DNA of 64,000 nucleotides from positions 186,001 to 250,000 of the forward strand of contig NOWV01000029.1 in assembly GCA_003344405.1 (NCBI GenBank). Direction: 5' to 3'. The notes under the pieces are model-generated. The model was not told the origin of the DNA. It saw only the letters and a program-made list of their open reading frames with translations, and ran no database searches. Below, piece after piece: positions 14,301 through 27,079 of this stretch (its first letter is position 1; each line of letters opens with the position of its first letter). The DNA comes from Trichoplax sp. H2 (taxonomy: Eukaryota). Both the position numbers and the translations under genes were made by a program.

Positions 14301-15706
14301 GATAGGTGTAGAGCTGCAATAAAGCGCAGACAGATCATTGTATATGAGGGTATGCATTTATTTTTAATTCTTGAATAATTTTTAAACTATCATCCCATTC
14401 GAAGGGAGAAAACCTTTATTCAGCGTTTATCAATTCCTTTATCAGATTATAACCTGATTCCCGTACTAAAGACCATGTGCGATAAGGATGTCAAACTTCA
14501 TTGCAGGAAAAATCACCCATCTAAAGGCTTGGCACCAATTATTAGCTGTCTTAGGAAACTTCTTTTAAAACATGTTAGAGAACCGTACAGATCAATGGTA
14601 TAATTAGATTATGTCCACTAATATTATTCTATTATTTATTTTTATCGTGTAGAAACTTTCCGGCGATTGCTCTACTGCAGTTAGACATTTAGAGGAGGCA
14701 CAAGCTAAAGAATTTCAACTTGATCCCAATCTTCGAGCTATGTGTTACGTCGAGGTTATTAAAACTTGACAATCTATTGCTTAGTTTTTAGTTGCAAATC
14801 TGTAAAAATTTGCAACTACTTATCTGCTTTAGGTTTCAACTTTCTGTCCGGGTACTAGACCAAACGAAATTAATATTTGCTTGAAGAGAAACTTTGGACT
14901 CATAAAAAATCATAATTGCAGCTTGGTAATTTACGGATACATACATTTCCTATGCTAAATGCGTACAAGGCTAGGATGTCTCGTAAAATTCTGAAATCTA
15001 TGCTATTATTTTATCATTGTAATTAAGGAAATTATCCGAATTGTTGCCGAAGAAGCTGAGGACATCAAAGCTGATCCAGATTTATATAGCAAATGTCTTT
15101 ATGATATCAAAAGACATTGTATAGATGAACTTGAGATAAACTCGCAAGGTATTAAATAAAGTTGTGAAAGCTTTCAGTTTTCTCATATGCATCAACGTAG
15201 TTTATCAAACTTTTGATTTTATGCTTTTTAAATAAATCTTTCACTGTATTATTTCATTAATGCAGTGTTGGCATGTCTATGGAAAGCAAATAAAAGTCGA
15301 AAAAAATTCGATCTTCAATGCAAGGCTGAGCTGGAAAAGAAAGCCAAACAATTATCAGAAATGAAAGAGGTGACCTAAATAATTGCCTTCTTTATTGTAT
15401 TAGATGTTTAAATACGTTGTAGACTTAATCTATGTATGGCATAAGTTTTGTATGCTGTACAAAATATACTATTAGAACTAATATTCTACGTACAACATCA
15501 TTTTCAATCATTTATTTTAGGAAATATCGAAGGGCGAATATCAACAGCTAAATAATCTTGGTGATGTCGTAGGAGCTATTACTGAATCAGAATCGAAAAA
15601 CTATTTAATTTTTGTTTTCTGTGGAATTATTTTGGCGATTTTTGTGGGAGGTCTCCTATTTGGGCGTATTAGTAAGCGTTTACCTCGGGCTCAAAAGAAT
15701 GAGTAG
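5350..15706 (+). CDS. GLG1: Golgi apparatus protein 1 (cysteine-rich FGF receptor / ESL-1 / MG-160), 28 coding exons
   Basis: Exon 1 (5350-6765) carries a signal peptide. In-frame GT-AG exons follow at 9323-9352, 9429-9512, 9841-10059, 10148-10393, 10660-10710, 10839-11001, 11084-11298 ... 15266-15369, 15521-15706. Cys-rich GLG1 repeats (KLWQYKLTLTEDQRF, AEDFRLDRAFYSACYQD..FC..VPPGKGQVYKCL, SEDIRLDPELYRSC). C-terminal TM and tail SKNYLIFVFCGIILAIFVGGLLFGRISKRLPRAQKNE* resemble vertebrate GLG1. Confidence 0.93.
5779..6480 (+). repeat. Coding tandem repeat, ~204 bp / 68 aa unit, ~3.5 copies, in GLG1 exon 1
   Basis: QSKDEG(F/L)K...DNPVDQKN.HR.DSN...DDDGQ.DQ....SQSKDNP is repeated. The copies at ~5977-6180 and ~6181-6384 are nearly identical at DNA level. 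Confidence 0.95.
7500..8100. repeat. Degenerate ~200-230 bp triplication in GLG1 intron 1
   Basis: The pattern ttacggtacatt...gtat..tcaattttcat...caatt.ct....ttga.attt..atcttg recurs at ~7518, ~7736 and ~7932. Confidence 0.55.
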
Positions 15707-17247
15707 AATTATTCGTTATTGGTAAATCATGACTCTCGCTCAATATTAACAATTCTTTTATCAAATCCATACGATACACTGTGTACGTGCTCAGTTTTTT
15801 CATCAAGCACTCCATATTGTTATAGTATAAAGAAAATTTTAAATGCAGTGATTATAATGATTTACCGCAGTTTCGCCAATTAACTGATAATATCGACGTT
15901 AATGTACTGTAAAGTTTACCTTCTATATATATACTACCAATTATAGCGTTGGCAAAGTATTAAATGTAGGTAAAGCAATATGAATTAACTGTACGTATGC
16001 TTAGCCTGAGCGTTGCTACGGCAGACACGCTTATGTAAATTTTAACGCTTGTATTCATATGCAATAAAATCTACCTTTTGCAGGTCCTTCCTTGTAGCCA
16101 AGCGTCGTTTATTTGCCCATTTAATTCAATTTGAAGGCTCTTCTTTATGCTGTATTCAAATATATCTTGTATACCGTATAAATCAGTGTATGATAGATAC
16201 GTTGATGCCTGAAGCTCTGTAATGATAATTATTAGTATATTAATTATGCATGTTCTGTAGACTAACAAGTCGAACTTGTATAGGTATAGATTACATAATT
16301 ACAATGTATTTATGGATACAGATAGCTTGCTGAGATTGTATACTTTGGTCAGCCATCATGATAAGGGAAAATTAATACTTACCATAGTACTTACATTTAC
16401 TGTTTTAGTCAGAACTTACTTGTTAATGTGACTCATTGATAATCGTACTGTATTCCGGTTGCGAGATACGTATGTCCACTTGCATAGTATAGTTGGAGGC
16501 GTTAATGCACCAAATGACAAACAGTGCTAGCATATTGATGTCGTTGTACAGCATTCTTCACCTTCTTCTTCTGTACTCTTTTCGCGTTACCTTAAATATC
16601 GTCTCTTTGCTGGTTATGATATCCTTGAGTGGCTGTTAGTCTTGAATAAAGGGTTTGTATCCATATCTAAGTGATATTAACAGAAATCCTTGTAATAATG
16701 GAAAGTATTAATGATGCACTAGTCAATCCATAACTACTAACTCTGTATAACTATTGCGTAGAACATACTCAAAAATTTCTTCTACATATACTCTAAAAAA
16801 GTAGCTCTACGCTATTGCCTTTTGTTGATATTGCACACACAGTATCGTAGCTGACTGATGTAAATTAAAACCTTTATAAATAATTGCCATTGCTTGGCTA
16901 ATGCATACATTGATCATAGGCGTGTAACTGCATCACAACCACTAATTTGTGTATAAACATTATTTCCAAGTATTTAAAGAGTATCAAGATTTATTTAAGG
17001 TGTATTGTATTGCTTTGCCGTCCTTCATGTAGGCGTACAGTATCATCGGAGTATGCTTTATTAATTAATTAATTAATATATGCAGGTAACTCCGTAGCAG
17101 TCAGTCATTTCTACATTGCATAAAACATAGGGTAAAGATTTGTTTTAGGTGGAGTATGTATAGCAATACTTTTTTCTTCCCTCTATATAGTACCATTGCA
17201 TTACTTTATGTATTAATAATTATTTCTTTACCATTTATACCAACTTA

Positions 17248-17465
17248 ATATGGATGAAGAGAACGGCTTAATGCCTTGGTGTATGTCAATAGTCAAGAAT
17301 ATCTGTGAAGCTTTTCCTTCTTTCCTCGATATAGTGGCATTGCATTATTTTCTGCATGAATAATTATTTTTTTCACCCTTCATGCCAACTCGATATGGAT
17401 TAAGAGAACGGCTTGATAACTTCCGTGTATGTCAATAGTGAAGAAAATTTGTTAAGCTTTCCTTG
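17248..17465. repeat. Degenerate direct duplication (~70 bp, ~146 bp apart)
   Basis: tatggat.aagagaacggctt...gtgtatgtcaatagt.aagaa...aagctttcc at ~17249 and ~17394. Confidence 0.75.
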
Positions 17466-18133
17466 TATGGAAAGCAAATATGCCAAAGGCGTCTTGACGG
17501 CAGATAATAAACAGTATGATTGTTTGATAAGCCATTGGGATTGTACGTATATTAATAAATAATAAAAAGGTTTAGTTGAGCTAAAAGCGGTCAATCGCTG
17601 CCATCATCTATGAGTACTGTATATCCATTTTAGAAACGTATACCAGTTTGTTTTCGACTTGAGAGGCATTGAATAGCCCTCCACCAAGTTTCCCCTTACA
17701 AGTGGAAAGCATAAGTTTGATCGTATACAGTAATGCAAGTTTTGAAATGGTCGTTGAAAAAATATTAGCCACTGTTCTGTATTCTGGTCAATCATTTCTG
17801 ATGTATTGGAGACTGCTTGATTTTTGATGAACTACACACTTGAGGTTCTACATGGCACAGTTGGATTAATTGAATTTGTGAGATTACAGAGAGAATGAAA
17901 TTATTCTTACCGATCAATAAGACTGTATTTGAATGGATAAGTTACAACATCCTGCTGATTTTGTTATTTTAGTGCAGTACATTTTTAGGCTACTGTACGT
18001 GATATATTTTATGGATGCATTGATAGAATAGAATATTAAGCTAATGAGCTCAACAATGGTACCAAGGTGCACATTGACCAACGGTTGGTGAAGCACCAAT
18101 GTGCATTATTGACGAGAGTCAATATTATGGCCT

Positions 18134-18525
18134 ATTTAGCCACTAGTGAAAAATCGCTTGGACGAAAAGCTGCATTCATGGGCTATGTCAACAATCTTTC
18201 CATGACAATACCATTACGACATCCCACCTAGGATTGAATATTTTCAAATTATGCAACCGATCGGATTTTCGGTTGTCTCTATCTAGAGGTAAAAATGAGG
18301 CATTTATTAACACATTGGTCTACTACTCATTTAGCCACTAGTGAAAAATCGCTTGGACGAAAAGCTGCATTCATGGGCTATGTCAACAATCTTTCCATGA
18401 CAATACCATTACGACATCCCACATAGGATTGAATATTTTCAAATTATGCAACCGATCGGATTTTCGGTTGTCTCTATCTAGAGGCAAAAATGAGACATTT
18501 ATTAACACATTGGTCAACTACTCAT
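18134..18525. repeat. Near-perfect 195-bp tandem duplication
   Basis: atttagccactagtgaaaaatcgcttggacg... starts at 18134 and 18329, with only a few substitutions between copies. Confidence 0.95.
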
Positions 18526-18925
18526 GTGGCAGCCATAAGCGACGACGGTATCATCGCCTAATCCTTCATCCTTGATTGATTTTTCTTATTATTGTAACGG
18601 TCGCCTTTTACGACTGTGCTGCGCTATGCAAATTGAAATGATGTGCATGAATTTGGAGCTCTTTTCATGCTTGACTCCAGGGACTTTTGCATCAAAATGA
18701 GCAAGCTTCTATGATGATATTATCATCCTCACTACTAAAATAATATTAGCCTTTTGCTGTGATCTCTCGGCCATCTCCATTTCTACCCAAGCCAGAGCAC
18801 ACATGAATGGATTGTGTTAGCTCGGGCCTTCGTCCCCGCCCATCATCGTTGAAGAGAGAAAGCTTGCCTGGTTTCAAGCCTTTACTGAATGGCCCATGCC
18901 TGTACTGTATGCGCGCGCCTATTGG

Positions 18926-18957
18926 GGGTCAACGGCCGAGGTCAATCGGCGGGGTCA
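18926..18957 (+). promoter_or_regulatory. Three RGGTCA nuclear-receptor half-sites in direct repeat with 7-nt spacers
   Basis: GGGTCA-acggccg-AGGTCA-atcggcg-GGGTCA inside a GC-rich patch upstream of CPT1 copy 1. Confidence 0.35.
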
Positions 18958-21569
18958 TGGTTGGCAACCAGGTTTGCAACCAGCTCTCCGCCATCATGCG
19001 CGATGAAAAAAAGCAAATGAAGAATGGTTAGTGGCGTGCTGAATGAATCATCATCACAGGCCATGAATTGTCCAGGGTATACTTAACTGTAGCAGCAAGT
19101 CTTGAATTCAAAAAAATAGCCCGCTGTAAAGGGCTTTTATTCATGACTCCATCCATTTCTTTTCACCATTTCAATAGTTTTTTTTGTTGTTGGCATGCGT
19201 TGCATTGTATTATTGCTACCATATTAGACGTCATATTATACGTACAGTATGAGTTGATGGGTTGAAAGCTTGAACAACAACTGCAGTCGATGCCGGTTGC
19301 CGGTATCCTACAGGATGTACTCTACCCATGGACACAATGTACTGTAGGTGAGCACCGTTGGTACCATGATCCAGTATCCTTCTCTACAGTACCAACACTA
19401 CAGTGTACAGTCGTTGAGCAACACCTTGGCTTGTCGACAAAAATAATAAAAATAAACACAATCTGTGTTTGTTTTTAGTTTGGAAAAGCCCGACAAGTAT
19501 ATCAACGCATTCTACGATCGTGAGGTAGAAAGTGGAGGAGAGATCTTCAAGTCCCAACTGGAACATCTTGATTAATAGAGTAAGTAGTTGGATGGATCGT
19601 TATGTAATTTTAAAATAGATCAATGCAGTATTTATCAACGGATGAAAACAACAACTTGCAAACCTGATCAGTTCAACTCGACATGTTACGCTGATGATAC
19701 ATCACCCATGCGATGGCAGGGTGTGCTTGCATTTTTTTCTCTTTCCTCTATCAGTGGTGTACTTTTCCATCGATCGACCTACTACTATACAGTATAGACG
19801 CTAGACACTGTTTTATTAACGTAGAGCTTGTTAGTGATCGTCTTGGATTGAAATACTCCAAGTCTATCTTGATTCTTACCGTTAATAACTGGTCGAAATG
19901 GATGTCATTAAATAGAAACCATGACTTGATCCAAACATGCTAACCCAAACTTTTTGAAGCTGATACAACATCATTTCATTATAGCAAATATTTTACATCT
20001 GTCGAAATTGTTTCCGCCTGTATGAATATCACTCACTCACTTTGTCTATTCTACACTGTACAGTAACCATCGCTCACTTTGGTCATAGACTGATAGCAAA
20101 CTCTCTCGCTATATCTGTTAGACTAAAAATTTACTAAAGTCGATTACAAAAGTCTCTCCGCTCACAGTACTATACATGAACATTATTAACTGAATGATCG
20201 ATCCAACGACCTTTATCGCAAATAATACCGATTCAATTCCATGGATAAAAATGGCCCCCCCCCCAAAAAAAATAGACGGTACAGCATAGAAAACGAATAT
20301 TTTAAAATTCATCGTCCCAATCGACTTCAGATAAACTCCATGATTCTACTGCTAGTCGAGATGAAGGCGTTATGAAGCCGTTCTAATTTTGCCAAAGCCG
20401 GTGAAACTAGAATAGATTCCACGCGTATTCAGTACTGCAGTACAGAAATAGTATAAGACATTGGCGTATAACATATGTAAATGAATAGGTTTAGCCATTC
20501 ACCATTTTACTATTAATGATTGATTGATTGATTGATGGTTGCATGTTGACAGTAGAGTATCTGAGTGTAATCCTACCTTGGCTATACTCTACTTGTAATA
20601 TGCGCTTGACTGACAGAAACACTACCTAAACAACTATGTCCACTGAACCGGTTTCGCTAGTGTTGTAGTCAGCATCCAATATCCAACAAGGAACTGGGCC
20701 TCTATTAGCTTAATGAAGCCAATCTACATATTGCAGTAGTAAGCCATGCAAGATTCTACAGAGCACGTTGTTGTTGAAGGAAATCCTAGCTCAAGAAGCA
20801 AAACGGCGGATTGGCATGGATACAATACAATTGATTGCAAGCGATCTTTGACAAGGGACTATTTTCTTGTAGTCTTTTAAGTAGCCGTATGCTTACCCTT
20901 TTATATCGCATACTATATGAAATAAGTATCATCATGCCCTCCAAATAGTATTACTGCTATACTCTATCCAATATTGGCAGAGTCTGTTCGACAGTATTAG
21001 CCGGCGACAATATTTCCATAAAACAACATTAGTCATGGTAGCAATAAATTGACCGGTGTGGCAAGAATTGTTCCCAACTGTAAAAGTCAAATATTATTCA
21101 TACATACGGGTATAAACTACTACTAAAAGAAGACTTTTGAGTAGTCCATGATACTAGCATGCGATATGGCCAATCAATTTGGCCGGATTAATTTAATTGA
21201 ATTAGGGTGCACATTCCGCAGATTGTCAAGGAATGACACAGGAGATCTCCAGTTGTACAGTACTAGGAATGAGTTCATTACTCATAGGTAGGAGAAAGTC
21301 CATAGCCTATTTATTGATTGACGATAAAACGAGATGCATTTGGCAACATTTCACGCGGTAGTAACTTGGCCGATGCGAAACACCGGTCTTCGGATCAATT
21401 CATGCGGCAAGTTTTTTTCGGTTAAAAGAAAAATAGTCACGTTGTTCGCCGCGATGTATGCATAGAATTTCATACAGCTGTTGGACTAATAGGACAGTAT
21501 TACCGAATATAATTTAATTAAGTGGCAAAAGAAAATTAAAGTAGACGAAATGACCAGAGACAGTGCTGT

Positions 21570-21582
21570 AGGTCAAAGGCCT
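21570..21582 (+). promoter_or_regulatory. DR1-like element AGGTCAAAGGCCT upstream of CPT1 copy 1
   Basis: Lies ~70 bp before a candidate 5'UTR splice donor (tg|gtaag, ~21651). A candidate acceptor tttttgtag ends at 22603, just before the ATG at 22670. Confidence 0.3.
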
Positions 21583-22669
21583 CTTCAAAAATTTACTTTT
21601 TACAGATCCTACAGACGCTAATTGTATATATATATAGTGCACTCAAATTGGTAAGAAAATTGGCCAAGTCCCAATGAGTAAAAAAGGTAGTTGTTGTGAG
21701 ACAGCGGCTACTTGTTTTCAAAAAGGAAAAACATTTCATATAGGAAATGCGTCCAAAGCATAAATATAGTACTAAAGTACAACCGCATCAGGACAATTGC
21801 CACCCATGACTTTTACGGGCATTTTCTACCCCTGAAGAACTATTTAGCTATTCAAAAATCGAAAAATTCTTCTATCATTTACATTTATGTGTTACTTTTT
21901 ATAATTTAAGACACATTAACTCAAAAAGATTTAGTTATGGATGGCAATTATCCGGGTGACAGTTGTCCTAAAACCATAAAATGCTGCGCTTGATTTTATA
22001 TATTGTCCAATTTGATTATGTGTATAGATGCACACATACTTTGCCAAGAAATCACTAGAGGACACCAAGTGTGTGTGTAATGTCTTCTTGACGAGCACAT
22101 GAATTGGAATTTTTATGTCGTTACAATCCAATATTATTGCAAAAAAAACGATTTATATTGTTACGATTTAAGAATATGTACTTGCTGTGTAAACTTTACA
22201 GTAGAAGTACGTAGTTAGTGCGAGTAGTGTTCAATAAGCTAATTTTGTAAACCTTTACGCGAAAGCAATCTTTATTCTTACATTATTTCATCGTGCAACG
22301 TACAGTAAACGACTTCAACTACAATTTTATCCTCTTATTACAATAAAAAGAAGTTCCTATTTTTAATCAAGAGGAGAAAGTTTTTTATTTTAAGAGGGGA
22401 TGAGCAAAAGAATTCAAGACATATTTATTTACAGTATATTATGCCACTAGATTATAAATTACCAATAGAGCGCCAGTTACTAGGGTAATATTTTAATACT
22501 AGTTGATATTAAATAAGTGAATAGGAGTGTACGCAAATTAACAAGAAATTGCATACCACGGATTGAGAAATTTTCACCTAACGTTCGCTTGAACTTTTTG
22601 TAGGTACAAAAATTACTTCACAACTTTACCCATATTATTCTGCGCACTCAAATTTGAGAAATTTGAGAA

Positions 22670-24982
22670 ATGGCGGAAGCAAGGCAAGCTGTTGCATTCC
22701 AATTTACAATCACCTCTAATGGGATTTTTATCGACTTCAATCAAGTAGGAATCAATAATGCTATTCAAACAGTATTACACGCAATACGGCTGAAATGGCG
22801 CAACTTCCGTAATTCTCTACATAAGAGTGTATTTCCAAATTCTGCTAAATCGTATCTAATTATCGCGATGGTATTAGTTTTACTGCGCTATCTACAGTTT
22901 GGGCCGGTAAAATATCTCTTTCAATTAGAAGCTTACATCCCTACGCAGGATCCTCGAATTACCATCGCCACTCATGTTGTTATATTAGCAACGGTATTGT
23001 GGATCACCTTGGCTTATTTTAAGCGATACATGTTAAAACTTTTGCTCATGTACAAGGGATGGATATTTGAGAGCGGAGGAAAGATCTCGCTCCAAACTAA
23101 AATTTGGTATGGCTTGATAAATATGTTGAAGTGGAAAGGAAAACTCCAGTTATTAAGCTATCAGTCTTCACTGCCACGATTGCCAGTCCCTTCTTTAGAA
23201 TCAACTACCAAAAGATACCTCCAATCAGTACGTCCGTTAGTTAACGACGAAAAATATGACCGGATGGCCAAGCTGGCCAATGAATTCCAGAATGGTATTG
23301 GATGTAAACTCCAACGTTATCTAGTTCTTTATTCATGGTGGGCGAGTAACTATGTCTCTAGCTGGTGGGAAAATTATGTCTATTTACGGAGTCGTGAATC
23401 ACTCCTCATTAATAGTAACTATTACATGATAGATGGAGCCACTGAAGAAACCGTGACCAACAGACAAGCTGCTCGCGCAGCAAGCATAACAAGAAGTGTA
23501 ATACAATATCGCCAAATGATAGACGATGAGAGCTTGGAACCATTGATACTTCGGGATTCAATTCCGATGTGTTGTAAGCAACATCTTAGGCAAATGAATA
23601 CTGCAAGATTACCCGGAAAGGAATTTGATAAGATTGCCCATTACAGTTCAAGCATTTCTCGTCATATTGCCGTTCTTCATAAAGGTCGCTATTACAAGCT
23701 TGATTTGTATCGCGGTCCACGCTGGCTAAAATTAGTGGACCTAGAAAAGCAATTTCAGCGTATCATTGATGATGAAGAAGAACCACTACCGAGTGAATTA
23801 CACTTGGCTGCGTTAACAGCCGTAGACAGGACTCGCTGGGCTACAATACGTGAAGAATACTTCTCAAACGGAATTAATAAGCAGTCTCTAGATGTAATCG
23901 AAAAATCTGCTTTTGTTCTTGTATTAGACGATACCGAACAATTTTATCAAGAAAATGATCCTAGTAAGTTTAATTCATTTTGCAAAGCATGCCTTTGCGG
24001 TAACGGCTACAACAGATGGTTTGATAAATCAATGACTGCAATCATTTATGCTAATGGACGATTTGGAGCGAATTTGGAGCACACATTTGCAGATGCACCA
24101 ATATTTGGTCATCTACTTGAATATCTCATGACAAACGATGCATCTCCAGGAAGATTTAAGCCGGATGGCCATTGTGATGGTGAATCCAGCGTGGACAATA
24201 TTGGCCGTCCTACCCGATTGAAGTGGGATATTCCTTCTAAATGTTGTGAAGAAATTGAAGATTGCGCCCAAATTGCAAAGTCGGCCATAAGTGATCTCGA
24301 TCTTTATGTGCTAGATTTTACTGAATATGGCAAAGGATATATGAAAACTTGTAAAGTTAGTCCTGATGGTTACATGCAAATGGCGTTACAATTGACCTAC
24401 TATAGATTAAGTCGTCAATTTTGCTTAACCTACGAGTCAAGCATGACACGATTATACAGAGAAGGTAGGACTGAAACTGTGCGACCTGTTACTATGTTGT
24501 CTACAGAATTCGTTCACACTATGTGCGATAACAAGAAAAGCAGCGCTGAAAAGCGTCAAGCTTTAAGGAATGCTTGTGAAAATCATGCTATGTTAGCAAA
24601 GGAAGCCATGTTGGGTTATGGGATCGATCGCCATCTGTTTTGCTTATATGTTGTATCAAAATATCTTAAACTCGATTCACCGTTTTTAAAAGAAGTATTA
24701 AGTGAACCTTGGCGCCTGTCTACTAGTCAAACCCCTCACAGGCAGACGAAATTTTGCAATGATGAGGATTACGATGCTTGCGCTAAAAAGTTATCTGCTG
24801 GTGGTGGATTTGGCCCAGTGGCTGACGACGGCTATGGCGTTTCTTACATTTTTACTGGCAATCGATATGTAGTCATTCATATTACGTCAAAGAAATCCTG
24901 CAGAGGTACAGGTTCCGAAAAATTTGCTAAAATGTTGAGAAAAAGCCTGCTAGATATGCGAAAAATCTTTCAAGATTCTTAA
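22670..24982 (+). CDS. CPT1: Carnitine O-palmitoyltransferase 1 (copy 1), 770 aa, intronless CDS
   Basis: N-terminus MAEARQAVAFQFT and two TM segments. Motifs SYQSSLPRLPVP, NYVSSWWE.YVYLR, NRWFDKS, catalytic EHTFADAP, TYESSMTRL.REGRTETVR, GIDRHLF, WRLSTSQTP and GGGFGPVADDGYGVSY. Confidence 0.97.
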   Translation: MAEARQAVAFQFTITSNGIFIDFNQVGINNAIQTVLHAIRLKWRNFRNSLHKSVFPNSAKSYLIIAMVLVLLRYLQFGPVKYLFQLEAYIPTQDPRITIATHVVILATVLWITLAYFKRYMLKLLLMYKGWIFESGGKISLQTKIWYGLINMLKWKGKLQLLSYQSSLPRLPVPSLESTTKRYLQSVRPLVNDEKYDRMAKLANEFQNGIGCKLQRYLVLYSWWASNYVSSWWENYVYLRSRESLLINSNYYMIDGATEETVTNRQAARAASITRSVIQYRQMIDDESLEPLILRDSIPMCCKQHLRQMNTARLPGKEFDKIAHYSSSISRHIAVLHKGRYYKLDLYRGPRWLKLVDLEKQFQRIIDDEEEPLPSELHLAALTAVDRTRWATIREEYFSNGINKQSLDVIEKSAFVLVLDDTEQFYQENDPSKFNSFCKACLCGNGYNRWFDKSMTAIIYANGRFGANLEHTFADAPIFGHLLEYLMTNDASPGRFKPDGHCDGESSVDNIGRPTRLKWDIPSKCCEEIEDCAQIAKSAISDLDLYVLDFTEYGKGYMKTCKVSPDGYMQMALQLTYYRLSRQFCLTYESSMTRLYREGRTETVRPVTMLSTEFVHTMCDNKKSSAEKRQALRNACENHAMLAKEAMLGYGIDRHLFCLYVVSKYLKLDSPFLKEVLSEPWRLSTSQTPHRQTKFCNDEDYDACAKKLSAGGGFGPVADDGYGVSYIFTGNRYVVIHITSKKSCRGTGSEKFAKMLRKSLLDMRKIFQDS

Positions 24983-27066
24983 AATCATATTCCTTCTTAC
25001 AAATTTATGGCCTTCATTGAACTAGAAGCGTTAGTTTACTTACCACTGTATTCTCAGATAAGATAGTTAATTGTATCTCGGTTATCAAGCGTCGTTAAAT
25101 TGATCAATTTTATTTTGTATGCAATAAAGTAAGATCGTACTATCGTTAGCTGCTTCATGCCAAAATTATCAAGGTAACTAGATGGTTATCATTCAACACT
25201 AGGTTATTTATAATCTGCAGTGTGATACGGAATTGATAAATATTCCTTATTGCGATATTTTGTTTAGCAACGTTATAGCACTTTGAAAGAGTGTCATTCT
25301 TGAAATACCGGAGAGATTACTTACGACTTTGAAATACTGTAGTATAAATCCAAGTTTTCGTAATAGTAGATAGTATATAATTGCTATCAATTCGTCGTAT
25401 CATTGCTTTAGTAACTAGAAATAGGTACATTTCCATTTGATAACGGATGGACCCTTTACAAGTTCAGATTTGAAGTCCGAAATTATGATACTAATTCATG
25501 TTATATGGAAATTGAACAATTTATAATGTAATTTATTTTTATGCTATTTAAGCAGCAGCAGCAATGCTTCTTTTATTCAAATTTGGGTAATGTATATCGT
25601 TGTATGAAGGCATTGCTGCAAGATCAAATTTCTGGCGATAAATTTACTGCATGCAAGAGCACTGTGATTACTATGTATGCCTATAGTAGTATATGCTTAT
25701 ACGTATTTTACCGTTTGTGAAAGTGTTTTGCCTGTGTGGTGAAAATTTAATATTACTTAATTCACTCTCAAATGACCGACTTGGAAGATACTACGTGATC
25801 TATGTTTCTAAATGCTTTGTGCCGGCGACATGCTTCCTAGTCTGTATATCTGTAAATAAATACAGTTGGCTCTGCAATGAATAAAAAGTAAAATTGTATC
25901 ACTTCTATTATTAAGAAAGTTGGTCAACACTGTGATTCGTATTAAGGATAGCAATGTTAACTTTGTTTGCAATTAGTAATGATTTTACATTTCTAGAGAT
26001 AATCGTATTTCGGTCAATTTTATAAATTACACCGCATAGATGTCAATAAGAAGCGTATGTTGTGCTCAATGATTTATAGCATATTGGCATACTGTACATA
26101 TTTACCGTACATGAGTATGATTTTCTGTAGTCGTAACTATTATAAATCTATAGAGGTACAGTATATGCTTAAATATCATAAATCCGCAGAGGTATATACG
26201 CGTCAATAATTATTATTATTATTATTAATAAATCTACTTCCATGATGGAATTACTCGGAGTTTTAATCATTTTTTTTTCTCTGTCTCTCTATCTTACGAA
26301 AGATACCGCAAATACGTAGTGCAAGCAAATGCTATCCGCAATGTAGAGGCGCAATCATTAGAATATTTATTTTACTATTTTTCTTTCAATATGTTACTGA
26401 GCGACATAAAGTATATTTTCAAATACGCGTACGTGATACATGATACTAGTGTAGACTGTAGACATACAATATACAGTATTACTTCGTGTTCTGGTTACTT
26501 CGATATGCTATTGCTTGCTAGTTAGTGAGTAACTACTGTATAGTGTATAATTCTAGTAGATACCCTGCCTAAAGTAAACCTTGTACTGTACAAGTTTCTA
26601 TTATTCCAGTATGTAGGTACTTGACAAGTGAAAAAGGAAAAAGACATTCGTCAAATTACATAATCGTACTGGCTGCATGGCTATGTACATCTGAGCCAAA
26701 ATATTTGTTGACTGATATGTTTTACTGTTAAAACAAAACATGTATACTCGTCTATTAAAAGCACAAGTACTGGCTAAATAGTTAAGTAGCCAATAGTCTT
26801 GAATCGGTTGCTTTATGTTGGAAAAGCGTCAACATAAAATCAATATTTCGCAGGCGTATTGCACGTATGCAACGCTTGAATATACTGTACTGTACAGTGT
26901 ACAATATAGAGAGAGAGATTCTGTATCTACTAACGTTATGGCTGAGTGTACATATGCGATGGAAACGATATAAATAACCATCTGCATTATTTACGACCCC
27001 CAAAAATGTTTAATAATGATAATAATAATAATTGTTATTATTGTTTTGGAATTGAATTGTTCTACT

Positions 27067-27079
27067 TGGACTTTGACCC
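27067..27079 (-). promoter_or_regulatory. HNF4-type DR1 site GGGTCAAAGTCCA
   Basis: TGGACTTTGACCC on the + strand is a close match to the HNF4 consensus; ~3 kb upstream of the CPT1 copy 2 ATG. Confidence 0.45.
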
